Assembly: GCA_903906305.1 (NCBI GenBank)
Contig: CAIVJR010000005.1
Coordinates: forward strand, 162,113 to 226,112
Direction: 5' to 3'
Length of the DNA: 64,000 bases
DNA from: an uncultured bacterium
GTDB lineage: Bacteria; Patescibacteriota; Dojkabacteria; SC72
The position numbers were made by a program, and so were the translations under genes. Below, one piece after another: positions 22,078 through 31,793 of the stretch (its first letter is position 1; each line of letters begins with the position of its first letter). The notes below the pieces were generated by a model. It was given only the letters and a program-made list of their open reading frames with translations, did not search any database and was not told the DNA's origin.

Positions 22078-22150
22078 TGGGAGTAGATGGAATCGGACCA
22101 TCGACCACGGCTTTATAAGAACCGCGCTCTACCAACTGAGCTATACTCCC
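22078..22150 (-). tRNA. tRNA-Ile with anticodon UAU (reads AUA); CCA not encoded; T-loop TCCGATT (C at position 55)
   Basis: Reverse complement GGGAGTATAGCTCAGTTGGTAGAGCGCGGTTCTTATAAAGCCGTGGTCGATGGTCCGATTCCATCTACTCCCA. Clean cloverleaf with anticodon loop CTTATAA. Confidence 0.7.
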
Positions 22151-22202
22151 ATGTAAAGTAGCCTATTCTATCAAAATAAGGATGATTTTAGAAGATGTAC
22201 CC

Positions 22203-24731
22203 TTAGAATCCCATTGGTGGGAAAGGAGAATTCACAGGATTAGGCTCAGGTTTCCTATCCAATTGTGACCTAATCTTAATATCCTCATTAATCACAGCCA
22301 CATCCCTACCATACTTAGCTCTAGAATACTTCTTAATGATATCTGCAACCTCCTTATGTTCTGGTAAATTGAAACCACTCTCCGGATACTTTGATCCATA
22401 TGAAGAATCCAAAGAAAAAGGAGCTGGATATATACCATCATTAAGAAGCTTAGTATACCAATGGCTAGATCCCTGATTCACCATATCTCCAGCTTTAATA
22501 TATGGTTCAAATTGTGTTTCGAGGAATTTCGCATCCTCAGCACTACATCTAGCAATGAATAGTGAACCCACATTTCCAAATACTGCATTCCTAATATCCT
22601 CTGGTAATTGCCCAATATATTGGTGTGCAATGGTTAAATCCAATCGATATTTTCTAGCTTCAGACAATATTGAAGAAAACTCTTCTGTAGCAAAGTTTTG
22701 GAACTCATCAGCATAGAAGAAGAAATCTTTCCTCTGACCCTCTGGGATATTCTCCCTACTCAGTGCAGCTGCTAACATCTTTTGAACTAAGAGTAAGCCA
22801 ATGAAGGACATATTATCCTCACCTATGGAACCCTTGGAAAGATTAATAATCAATATCTTCTGGTTATCCATAATATCTCTAAAATCAAAGGAAGACTTAG
22901 ATTGACCAATAATATTCCTTACTGCTAAGTTAGTTGTAAATTTATCAAACTTCGAAATGAAGTATGTTAAAGATTCAGACTTTGTTTTCTTATCCGTCTT
23001 AGCAACCTGATCAGTCCAATATCTTCTTACTAATTCATCCTTAACCTGAGGTAACCAATAGCTCATTACCCATTCCTCATCTTGCAACATTCTAACAACC
23101 TCTATCAATGTAGAACCTTCCTTGGACATAGCCGTAAGCATAGAGTTTCTGACAGCCTGTTGCATAGCTGGGCCTACATAACCCTGATTATGTGGGTCAA
23201 AGAGTCTTATGAGCAACGCAATGAAGCTATTAACGATCTGATGCTTATGCTGCTCATTGTAGAATTCCATTATATTAAGACCAAATGGTCTTTCAAAATC
23301 ACCTGCATTAAAATAGATGACATCTTCAGCTCTTTCAGGAGGAATTAGTTCTAAAATATCTTCAGCAGCTTGTCCGTGAGGATCAATGAAACAAACACCA
23401 TCCCCATTATATATATCCTGCAAAATCATTCGTTTCATCAACCAAGATTTACCAGTACCAGTTTGTCCTAGGATATATGAGTGGCGTCTCCTATCATCAC
23501 GTTTAAAACAGATTGTTTTTTTCTTCCCTCTAAAGATGTTATTCCCTATCCATATCGTATCCTTAGATTTGATATCTGAGCTAATGGAGTTATCCGCTAT
23601 GAATTCTCTTGAGAGTAGCCAGTGAATGTTAGGTGTTGATACATTTTTATTTGGGAAATGATACAAAGCAGCGAGCTCTTCAACATTAAATACTGATTCT
23701 GGATATTCCGGCGTTCTTCTATATACTACGTCATATATGAATTTCTTTTCGTCTTTCTTCTCTACTTTTACCTTCTTAAGCTTGTTAATCCCTGGATTAC
23801 TGTATTGATCAAAGGCGCCAATGATATTGTCCAAATGCATTTTAGCTATTGCCTGATCAGGAGCACTGGTGATAATTCTAATCTCTCCCATTAAACCTGG
23901 TTTTGCAACCTTCTTCCCTATGCCCTGAAGTTTTTCTTGAGATATACTAATTTTCTTCTTCTCCGGATCTGAATTATTGCTTTCAATCTTTTGAACAAAC
24001 TTAGATCCATTTTTTTGCCACTTAGAATCTGTAGGGGTGACTATCAATTGTACAATCACGCCTTCATTATCAGAGATCTTACTTAAAGTACTAAGTACAT
24101 TTGCTAAAGGATCCCCTGTAAAGTTTTCTGCAACTCTTAGTGGTGCATACGAGTCATCATCGAGTATCAATCTTGCATACGCAGACTCAGTATGTGGAGC
24201 AAATATGTTGTATTCATTTACAGTTGTAACATCAGCGTCTTGGTATGATCCTAGGATTTGTTTTTCAACGAGATCTGCTAATTTCTTTGGACAATGCACA
24301 AAGAATCGTATTTCTCCTGGTAATCCAACCATTTCAAAACTTACAGCATTTCCAACAGTAAAATGTTCTGCTAAGCCATCCCCTTTTCCTCCAATACCAC
24401 ATATATTTGCAAACATTTGTTCTGCAACCCCTATTTCCACCTCATTGTCTCTTGGTAATCTTACTTCCATCAATACTCCATCATTGGCTTTTTCGTTCCT
24501 ATCTTTGTGTACTAATTTTTTTTTAACAATGAAATATGCCCCTACGCAGGCACCTATTACAACAAGAAAAAGGCTTATCCATCCCCATGGGATATCTATG
24601 GTTTTACCACCATAGAGGTCAGTGTATGTATCTTTGGGATATGTAACATTCGATCCAGTCTCAACCTTGGTATTACTTTTACTTGGTGTAGGCCCTATTA
24701 CTTGTGAGTATGTGAATTCATCAGAATTCAT
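22203..24731 (-). CDS. Membrane-anchored P-loop ATPase of the T4SS coupling-protein / VirB4-TraC-like (FtsK-HerA superfamily, AAA_10/TraG-D_C-like) type
   Basis: 842 aa. TM at about aa 52-70. Walker A ILGQTGTGKSWL followed by FIDPHGQ. Walker B FFFYADEFQNF. Downstream TIAHQYIGQL resembles the conserved Q-x-x-QL of T4CPs (VirD4/TrwB/TraD). Confidence 0.55.
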   Translation of the reverse strand: MNSDEFTYSQVIGPTPSKSNTKVETGSNVTYPKDTYTDLYGGKTIDIPWGWISLFLVVIGACVGAYFIVKKKLVHKDRNEKANDGVLMEVRLPRDNEVEIGVAEQMFANICGIGGKGDGLAEHFTVGNAVSFEMVGLPGEIRFFVHCPKKLADLVEKQILGSYQDADVTTVNEYNIFAPHTESAYARLILDDDSYAPLRVAENFTGDPLANVLSTLSKISDNEGVIVQLIVTPTDSKWQKNGSKFVQKIESNNSDPEKKKISISQEKLQGIGKKVAKPGLMGEIRIITSAPDQAIAKMHLDNIIGAFDQYSNPGINKLKKVKVEKKDEKKFIYDVVYRRTPEYPESVFNVEELAALYHFPNKNVSTPNIHWLLSREFIADNSISSDIKSKDTIWIGNNIFRGKKKTICFKRDDRRRHSYILGQTGTGKSWLMKRMILQDIYNGDGVCFIDPHGQAAEDILELIPPERAEDVIYFNAGDFERPFGLNIMEFYNEQHKHQIVNSFIALLIRLFDPHNQGYVGPAMQQAVRNSMLTAMSKEGSTLIEVVRMLQDEEWVMSYWLPQVKDELVRRYWTDQVAKTDKKTKSESLTYFISKFDKFTTNLAVRNIIGQSKSSFDFRDIMDNQKILIINLSKGSIGEDNMSFIGLLLVQKMLAAALSRENIPEGQRKDFFFYADEFQNFATEEFSSILSEARKYRLDLTIAHQYIGQLPEDIRNAVFGNVGSLFIARCSAEDAKFLETQFEPYIKAGDMVNQGSSHWYTKLLNDGIYPAPFSLDSSYGSKYPESGFNLPEHKEVADIIKKYSRAKYGRDVAVINEDIKIRSQLDRKPEPNPVNSPFPPMGF

Positions 24732-24794
24732 AATGGCAGTATGACAATCTTATGTCTAAAGAATATCACACAGGGATATATATATCAAAGAGGA

Positions 24795-25121
24795 TTAAGC
24801 TGCTATCGATGGAATATCTTTCCCATTCAGCTTATCAAACATTATTTCTAATCTAACATCATTAGGGATCTCTCTTAAAGCAACTTGTGGCCCTGCAGAG
24901 ATCTTTTGTTCGTTATTTGGTATATCCTTCTGCTCATTATTATCTAATTGGGTTTCAGAGTTGTCATTTTGATTTGCCTCAGAAGATTCAACTTCTACTA
25001 CTGGAATTGAAGACTGATTCTCCAATGTTCTAGTAGATGGAAGTAACTCAACAGGAACAGTATTTACTTCTGTCCTTATTGCTGGCTCAAATTCTGTTGT
25101 AGGTGTGTTAATGCTCATCAT
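24795..25121 (-). CDS. Hypothetical low-complexity (Q/N/E-rich) protein
   Basis: 108 aa ORF with compositional bias and no motif. Confidence 0.3.
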   Translation of the reverse strand: MMSINTPTTEFEPAIRTEVNTVPVELLPSTRTLENQSSIPVVEVESSEANQNDNSETQLDNNEQKDIPNNEQKISAGPQVALREIPNDVRLEIMFDKLNGKDIPSIAA

Positions 25122-25133
25122 AGTCCTATAATA

Positions 25134-25577
25134 TTATATCACATACTTTCTATTTTCAATATGTAATTCCCTATCCAAATCTCTTTCCTTGTCCCTGTCA
25201 CGTTTTTCATGGTATTTCCTACCCTTAGCCAACCCTACCTCTACCTTAATCATACCTCTAACAGTATACAGGCTAACAGGTATTAAAGTTAAATTCCCTT
25301 GTTTCATCTTACTTTCTAATTTATTCAATTGATCTCTATTTATCAATAGCTTTTTTGATCTGGCAGAATCATAGTTCTTGTCAGTTGCAAACTGGTATTT
25401 AGGGATATCCGCATTAACAAGCCATAGCTCGTTATTTATAACCTTAACATACGCGTCACCAATGTTAGCTCTCCCAGATTTAATAGATTTTACTTCAGCA
25501 CCAGTTAAAACTACTCCAGCTTCAAATGATTCAAGAATTTCATAGTTAAAAGATGCTTTTTTGTTAACAATTTTCAT
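25134..25577 (-). CDS. smpB: SsrA-binding protein SmpB
   Basis: …FNYEILESFEAGVVLTGAEVKSIKSGRANIGDAYVKV…LLINRDQLNKL… and a basic C-terminal tail. Confidence 0.9.
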   Translation of the reverse strand: MKIVNKKASFNYEILESFEAGVVLTGAEVKSIKSGRANIGDAYVKVINNELWLVNADIPKYQFATDKNYDSARSKKLLINRDQLNKLESKMKQGNLTLIPVSLYTVRGMIKVEVGLAKGRKYHEKRDRDKERDLDRELHIENRKYVI

Positions 25578-25584
25578 ACAGCTA

Positions 25585-27894
25585 TTATAACATGACCTTC
25601 CATATTACTGACCCATCAAGAATATACATTGAGGAGTTGGCAGAATCTACGACAAAGTCTTTCACATTATTCCACACTCCTTCTTTTTCTCCCCTGTACA
25701 CATACTGCTTCTTTAGAACTACTTCGTTAGGATGCAATATATCTCCCCCACCCTCTTGAGGTTTCTCGAAGTTAATAAATCGCTTGTTAGTTTTATCAAA
25801 TACGAAGAGTCCATCATCCAAACTACTTCTAGTAAAGCCTTTTGTTAATTCTCCTAAATCACCATTTACTCCGGTAATCGTCAACGGATTTTCAGCCTGT
25901 TTTTGTTCGGCATAGTTGTAGCTATACCTAATTAATTGTGGCATATCCTTTGTTAAAACATATACACTTAAATCTGCAAGAATATCACTGGCATTAGCCA
26001 ATCTATCATCTGGAATATATTTGTAATACAATCCATACCTATTCTCATATGAAAATACGGATTTCAATACTGCGTTATCATCTTGATCGACAAGATATAC
26101 ATTGTCTGATTCTGTAAGGATAATGAATTCACTAATATTCTTTGTTTTAATGTTTTCTCTGGCCAATCCTGAGAGCGCAACAAATGTTCCAAACCACTTC
26201 TCTGTATCAAAGGATGCTTTGATTACACCCGTTTTATTATCAAATACAAACACGCCCCCATTTCCCATTGATACATACTCAGGATCTTTAAGAAGTCCGT
26301 CAGTATCTACCAATCTTTGAGATGTTTTGTCATACAAAGATACCCTAAACACAGCATTCAATCCCTTGTCCGTAACTAAGAGGTATTCATTTCCAGAATC
26401 ATCCGAATATATCTCGATATCTGTAGGATTAGAGCTATCCCCAAATGATAATCTGGAATCAGCAAAAGTCGTTACTTTACCATTTGAATCGCTAACCCCT
26501 ACTCGTTTGTACAAAGTATCTTCTACAACCAAAATTCTAAAATCTAGACCATTTTTGATTACTAAATCTTTTTCTGATATGTTAGCTGGGACTTCTTTTA
26601 ATGCATTCTTTGCCTGATATATGGCTACTTCTGCAGTATTTTTGTCTGATGTAGACATATTTTCAGCTTTCTTTACTAAGGTCTCAGTATTTGTAAAAAT
26701 TTGACTTGCCTGATTATGTACAATGCTTGCTCTTCGAGCTTTGATTGTGAAATTGATTCCCAATGCTAATACAACAATTACAATTACAACCATAAGGACT
26801 AATCGTATTCTTTTTACTCGAGTATCTCTAGTTCTGTATCCATCAATTCTCATACCCTTTCCATTGAAATTGGGTCTGTTAATTTTAACTGTTGAAAGTT
26901 GAGAAGCTGCTTTTTTAAACCATTTTTTGTTGCCATATAGCTCGGTAAATCTTACTGCTATTTTTTTTGACAAAAGTGATATCTTTTCAGCTACTTTACG
27001 GGTAGCTTTAACTATCCAATTTTTAATTTTTACAAATATTGGTTTTATTTTTTCTAAATATACGCCCACTCTCCTGAAACTTGCTTTAGCCATTAAAAGC
27101 TGAACCTCTCGTTTTTCAAACGGCATTCTGTTTACACTAGAAACTTTTTCAGGTTCTTTCATAGCTGGAATTTCCTCTTGTTTAGGCTCAATAACTGGTT
27201 CTTTTTTTAGTATCGGCATATGGAATTGTGGTGCAAGAGGTTTGGTTTTAATTTGATTTTCATCTTCATATGCAAAAAATACTAACCCCTGAGTCCCAGA
27301 AAGCGTCTTCCCAATCTCTTTAAGCTCAGCAATAACTGGCTCTGCTGATGTTAGTTTGCCTAATTCTCCTAATGTTTTAGATATTACACCCATGGTAGAT
27401 ACTATTAGGATATCCCCTTCTTCTAGAGCAACACCTGCTGTACTTGCTTTGCTCTTCCCCAATATCTCCGTAATATTTACAAATTTTCCACTTTTGAAAA
27501 CAAAGACTTCGTTTTCTCCTAAGTTACCAATATACAAACCCTCTTTCTTCTGGGCTACCAATACGAAATTTACGTTGATTCCCAAATCTTCTAAGGATTT
27601 ATCATTTTTCATAAGGTTTTGAAGTTTCCTTACACCCTCTGTAATGCCATCTTTGAGAGATTCATTAGTGCTTTGTGTGGATGAATATATATATCCATCT
27701 AAGATTCCATCCCATACAAACTTACTTACTCTCTCTGCGGGTAATGAGGTATTTCCAAAGATTGAAAGAAGGCAGTAGATATCTCCTTCTTTTTCAGTTT
27801 TTTTTGTAGAATTTTCGGAAAAATGTTTTAAGATGGTAACAAAAGTACCTTTCTCCCTATTGTTCGAGATGAACTGTTGAGCAGTAATTTTCAT
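25585..27894 (-). CDS. Large single-pass membrane protein. The N-terminal cytoplasmic domain is about 370 aa; a TM follows; the C-terminal extracytoplasmic domain is about 380 aa, probably beta-rich. Hypothetical.
   Basis: 769 aa. Central TM LVLMVVIVIVVLALGINFTI. No catalytic motif recognised. Confidence 0.45.
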   Translation of the reverse strand: MKITAQQFISNNREKGTFVTILKHFSENSTKKTEKEGDIYCLLSIFGNTSLPAERVSKFVWDGILDGYIYSSTQSTNESLKDGITEGVRKLQNLMKNDKSLEDLGINVNFVLVAQKKEGLYIGNLGENEVFVFKSGKFVNITEILGKSKASTAGVALEEGDILIVSTMGVISKTLGELGKLTSAEPVIAELKEIGKTLSGTQGLVFFAYEDENQIKTKPLAPQFHMPILKKEPVIEPKQEEIPAMKEPEKVSSVNRMPFEKREVQLLMAKASFRRVGVYLEKIKPIFVKIKNWIVKATRKVAEKISLLSKKIAVRFTELYGNKKWFKKAASQLSTVKINRPNFNGKGMRIDGYRTRDTRVKRIRLVLMVVIVIVVLALGINFTIKARRASIVHNQASQIFTNTETLVKKAENMSTSDKNTAEVAIYQAKNALKEVPANISEKDLVIKNGLDFRILVVEDTLYKRVGVSDSNGKVTTFADSRLSFGDSSNPTDIEIYSDDSGNEYLLVTDKGLNAVFRVSLYDKTSQRLVDTDGLLKDPEYVSMGNGGVFVFDNKTGVIKASFDTEKWFGTFVALSGLARENIKTKNISEFIILTESDNVYLVDQDDNAVLKSVFSYENRYGLYYKYIPDDRLANASDILADLSVYVLTKDMPQLIRYSYNYAEQKQAENPLTITGVNGDLGELTKGFTRSSLDDGLFVFDKTNKRFINFEKPQEGGGDILHPNEVVLKKQYVYRGEKEGVWNNVKDFVVDSANSSMYILDGSVIWKVML

Positions 27895-27896
27895 AA

Positions 27897-28169
27897 TTAT
27901 CCAACTAAAAGAAATAGTACAGCGATTATGCTACCTATTATTGTTGTGATGAGATATATGGTGATTATTATTTTGATAATACCGATGCTTGAAGATTCGA
28001 ATGTATCTGCTAGGATTCTGGATCTCAAGAATAACAATGCTGCAAAGAGAACATTTCCAAAGAGGATTAGTACTAATGGGAATTTTAAGAGAGTTGCAAC
28101 ATTAACAGAGAGTCCTCCCAGTGGATTCTTTCCTAAATTGTCTAACATATTGTTTACATCATTATTCAT
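27897..28169 (-). CDS. Small membrane protein (2-3 TM), hypothetical
   Basis: 90 aa hydrophobic ORF, with start/stop overlap coupling to its neighbours. Confidence 0.35.
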   Translation of the reverse strand: MNNDVNNMLDNLGKNPLGGLSVNVATLLKFPLVLILFGNVLFAALLFLRSRILADTFESSSIGIIKIIITIYLITTIIGSIIAVLFLLVG

Positions 28170-28789
28170 TATATTTCTCCGCTTTCTTTAGATTCTAATA
28201 GATCAGACAGTATCTCTTGGACATCCCTTGGTCTTGGAATGTTTGTAAATTCAATATTTTGATTTGAGCCTGCGGTCTGTACATATACAGTACCTACATC
28301 GAATATACTTCCAAGTAATCCGAGTTGTTTCTGAGTTACATCTTCTATATGTTCTAACTGTGTTTCAGACATTGTATGTGCCATTATATTTGGGAAATCG
28401 AGATCTACTACTCTCTGATCGGTAATCATATCTACATTGTAATACCACTTAACAATTGCAGATACTAATATGCTTCCACCAGTTAACAATGAGGTTATGA
28501 GGAGCGAGAGGAATATGATAACACTTTTGAAAATAACTGGGGCTATTGCTCCTAATACCCATGGTAAAACCAAAACTAATATTGCTAAAAGTATTTGTGG
28601 TACATATACAATCCAGTGGGATCTAATTATTAATATAACCTGCTCTTCTTGTTCTTGTCCGTGGAATTTCAATCCCTTTGGAAAAGAATTGAAGGAATGA
28701 TCATTTCTAAGAGTAATATTGTCCATAAAGGATCTTTTCAGATTCCTAAACTTCTTTGGTATTTTGTTTGATTCTTCTTTAGTAGTCAT
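28169..28789 (-). CDS. Membrane protein with bacterial PH domain (bPH_2/YdbS-YdbT-like)
   Basis: Two TM helices, followed by …YYNVDMITDQRVVDLDF…GTVYVQTAG…IEFTNIPRPRDVQEIL, typical of bPH_2/DUF304. Confidence 0.5.
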   Translation of the reverse strand: MTTKEESNKIPKKFRNLKRSFMDNITLRNDHSFNSFPKGLKFHGQEQEEQVILIIRSHWIVYVPQILLAILVLVLPWVLGAIAPVIFKSVIIFLSLLITSLLTGGSILVSAIVKWYYNVDMITDQRVVDLDFPNIMAHTMSETQLEHIEDVTQKQLGLLGSIFDVGTVYVQTAGSNQNIEFTNIPRPRDVQEILSDLLESKESGEI

Positions 28790-28836
28790 ATGTTTGATAG
28801 TATAACGATAGCATAGAATGAGGGATAGAACAAGGT

Positions 28837-30684
28837 TTATTTGTATTCTACATTCACATTAATAAAGCTATTTTGTGGAATACTTAAATAGCTTGGGGCC
28901 CTCATATTATATATTGCCTTGAAATCTGCACCTGACATGGAGACTATTCCCCTATTTGTATTAAACGATATAGATGTTGTCGTTCCATTAGAATTTGCAG
29001 ATACGGCGCTATATACTGCCGTAACTGGATTTGAAACCAAGTTTCTAAGCTCTGTCATACTGTATGGGTTTGCAGATTGTCCCCAGCATCTATATACATC
29101 TGTAGATACAATTCTTGGATCACTCGAAGTTTTTCCATTACTAATCCAAAGTAAATATGCATTTAATATATCTGCCATTTCAGCATTAGATAACCATGGT
29201 GTATGTCCACAATCACTTCCGCTTGTTGCATAACCCTTTCTAAACCATGTTTTGTAGAACCAGCTTACACCAGAGATACTTTCCCAAGCGTTAGCTGTCC
29301 AGTTTGTATAGTCACCCGTTCCTGTGGTCGTATCCCAGCCCATTCCGTTACCCCATCCTCCATGTACTGCTGCATATTGAGCAGAGAATACTTTTCCTGC
29401 AGAATCAGTAAGCACAACTCCTCTTGTAGCTCGCACTGCCTCCGCCCATGCACCCGTCTTTTGTCCACCACCAATTACCTGACAAGATTCTGTTGTACAA
29501 ATTGAAGATTGTCCATTACTTGTATAGTTGATCGCAAATGTTCTGGCAATTATCACTTGAGCTTTCAACGCTTGCATATCCCAACTTTCTGGCATCTCGT
29601 TAAGCCTTAGTAGGTAATCATCTTCAAAGTTGAGCGTTCCGTATGTTGTTGTAGAAATATTTGTCATAATTGCTTCACTTGCTCCTGAAGATTTATTAAT
29701 GATAGTACCAGTTCTAAAGGTCTTCCCTGGATAGTAAGCTGCTAAGATTTGCTCATATGTTTGACCAGCCTCAGCCCTTGCTCTTGCACCCCATTGACTC
29801 ATACCATTTCTATGGGTATATGCACCAAATGCGAATACTGCAAAAGATCCGCCTGGAGCGGTACTTCTAAAATATGCTAATGAAGATGCAGGGTCAGAGG
29901 AACTATTAGGAACAGTATTTGCATCAATAATTGTTCCCCCAGATTTAGCAACTATCAAGAATTGTTGCAGTTGTGAAATTTCTTTAGACAAATTTCCAAT
30001 CGTTTTTGTTAGACTATTTTTAGTGGAATATTGATTATTTAACTCCGCTTGCAATTTCGATTTCTCTGCAGCTAACAATGCATACGAATCATCCATATCC
30101 TTCTTTTGAGCATCTAACGTAGCTTTCTGAGTCTCTAATTCTGCCCTACTTTCAGCTAAGCTACTAAATTCTCCATTAATAGCTTCTACTTCATTCTTTA
30201 ATGTAGAAATACTATTTTGTTTCAAAAAGAATTCTTTAACCAAGGTATCCCAATCATTTCCAGACAAAAAGAATGTTGCCATTCTATATCTAGACCTTAT
30301 ATATAAATCCGTAGAAAGTTTATCCATCTCTGTTTTCTTTGACTCCAGCAATGCTTGTTTATCCTCTATCTCCTTTATCTTTGTATTCAATGCTCCATCC
30401 GTCTGTGCAATACTGTCATTCAACTTAGTAATCTCAGCATTAATTAAGGCAATTTTCTGACTTACCGAGTTATTACTTCCGCTAATCTCCTTTATCTTTG
30501 CCTCTATACTTGAAAGTGTTGTTTGTTTTGCTGCCAATTCAGCATTTTTTTGATCTATCTGTTGTTGTAAATCAGATGCTTCATCTGAATATATTGGGTG
30601 TGTAAACAAAGAAAAGGTATATGTACTTAATACGAGAACTAAAAGAAGTTGTAACAAAATTCGGGGCTTTTTGACCATACCCAA
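28837..30684 (-). CDS. SpoIID/LytB-domain protein with signal peptide and about 250-aa N-terminal coiled coil
   Basis: …GMSQWGARARAEAGQTYEQILAAYYPG… and …EMPESWDMQALKAQVIIARTFA…CTTESCQVIGG…SAQYAAVHGGW match SpoIID/LytB motifs. The N-terminal region is heptad-rich. Confidence 0.7.
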   Translation of the reverse strand: MGMVKKPRILLQLLLVLVLSTYTFSLFTHPIYSDEASDLQQQIDQKNAELAAKQTTLSSIEAKIKEISGSNNSVSQKIALINAEITKLNDSIAQTDGALNTKIKEIEDKQALLESKKTEMDKLSTDLYIRSRYRMATFFLSGNDWDTLVKEFFLKQNSISTLKNEVEAINGEFSSLAESRAELETQKATLDAQKKDMDDSYALLAAEKSKLQAELNNQYSTKNSLTKTIGNLSKEISQLQQFLIVAKSGGTIIDANTVPNSSSDPASSLAYFRSTAPGGSFAVFAFGAYTHRNGMSQWGARARAEAGQTYEQILAAYYPGKTFRTGTIINKSSGASEAIMTNISTTTYGTLNFEDDYLLRLNEMPESWDMQALKAQVIIARTFAINYTSNGQSSICTTESCQVIGGGQKTGAWAEAVRATRGVVLTDSAGKVFSAQYAAVHGGWGNGMGWDTTTGTGDYTNWTANAWESISGVSWFYKTWFRKGYATSGSDCGHTPWLSNAEMADILNAYLLWISNGKTSSDPRIVSTDVYRCWGQSANPYSMTELRNLVSNPVTAVYSAVSANSNGTTTSISFNTNRGIVSMSGADFKAIYNMRAPSYLSIPQNSFINVNVEYK

Positions 30685-30711
30685 TTATACACTATCTTGA
30701 GGATGAGATTT

Positions 30712-31059
30712 TTATGCTAGGAAATCAGTCAATGTAGAGACGATTAAAGCTGCAACAAGGACAAATATCAGGCCAATTATAGCCCAAGTTAGTGTCCCTT
30801 GTGCCTGCTTTACCTTGGCAGGATCTCCAGCAGATGCAATCCATGTATAGCCACCTATTATTACAAATACAACACAGACAATTCCTGCGATAGGGAAAAT
30901 TAACTTCGTTACGCTATCAATGACATTATCAATACCACTAAAGGTAGGAGGTTGGACAGGATCACTGTCTACTCCGCCAATTGGATCTACGCCTGCAAAT
31001 ACTGGAGAAGCTACAAAAAAAGATATCAATGCAAAAAATATTTTATTTATTATTTTCAT
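30712..31059 (-). CDS. VirB2/TrbC-like T4SS pilin family protein, paralog 1 (signal peptide ...VFA)
   Basis: C-terminal …GGYTWIASAGDPAKVKQAQGTLTWAIIGLIFVLVA; shared motif G[YF]x[YWF]IxSAGDxxKVxxAxxTLxxAIIGLVxVFxA. Confidence 0.6.
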   Translation of the reverse strand: MKIINKIFFALISFFVASPVFAGVDPIGGVDSDPVQPPTFSGIDNVIDSVTKLIFPIAGIVCVVFVIIGGYTWIASAGDPAKVKQAQGTLTWAIIGLIFVLVAALIVSTLTDFLA

Positions 31060-31331
31060 TATGCTTTTAATATTGTATTAATAACAAATCTTATAACTGT
31101 TGGAGCAGCAAACACAAGCACCAACCCTACTATTGAATATATCAAAGAACTTGTTGCTGCCTTTATCTTCTTTTCATCTCCAAATGAAAGCATATACCTA
31201 AATCCTGATAATACCAAAGATACTACTGCTACTACTGCAGATATTGTGATTGCGTAATTGATAACGAAATACAGAAAATCTTGCAGATTCTCGAAGCTTG
31301 TACCATTTAAAAGATCAAGATTGACTATCAT
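31059..31331 (-). CDS. VirB2/TrbC-like T4SS pilin family protein, paralog 2
   Basis: …SGFRYMLSFGDEKKIKAATSSLIYSIVGLVLVFAA; same family motif, more divergent. Confidence 0.55.
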   Translation of the reverse strand: MIVNLDLLNGTSFENLQDFLYFVINYAITISAVVAVVSLVLSGFRYMLSFGDEKKIKAATSSLIYSIVGLVLVFAAPTVIRFVINTILKA

Positions 31332-31374
31332 ATCTTTGCAGAAGATTTAAGTTTGGTTAATTAAAAAGTAGAAA

Positions 31375-31731
31375 CTACTTAATAATATTTCCAATTACAA
31401 ATTTGACTAACAAAACTGCAACGAAACATACAACTAAACCAATTATTGCAAATGTTAGAGTCTTTGTTGCGCTTTCAACCTTGTTTTCATCACCAGCTGC
31501 AGTTATATATTTGTAGCCACTTACTACTAATATAACAACACAGAGTAATGCTGCAATTCCAATTGCCCAGTTGATAATACCGTAAATCATAGACATCAAA
31601 TCTGTTTGTCCAGTACCACCATTGATACTATTCAAATATGTATCAACAGAGTCTGCTGCATAAACAGTCGAAGTTAAGAACAAGCCTGAAACCACTGAAG
31701 CTGCGGTTGCTAATGTTTTTGTAGTCTTCAT
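31375..31731 (-). CDS. VirB2/TrbC-like T4SS pilin family protein, paralog 3 (signal peptide ...VYAADS)
   Basis: …SGYKYITAAGDENKVESATKTLTFAIIGLVVCFVA. Confidence 0.6.
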   Translation of the reverse strand: MKTTKTLATAASVVSGLFLTSTVYAADSVDTYLNSINGGTGQTDLMSMIYGIINWAIGIAALLCVVILVVSGYKYITAAGDENKVESATKTLTFAIIGLVVCFVAVLLVKFVIGNIIK

Positions 31732-31793
31732 AGAACGATTAAATATATTAATTTATGTACCAATTATATAAAAAGCAGACGGAACATGCAATA

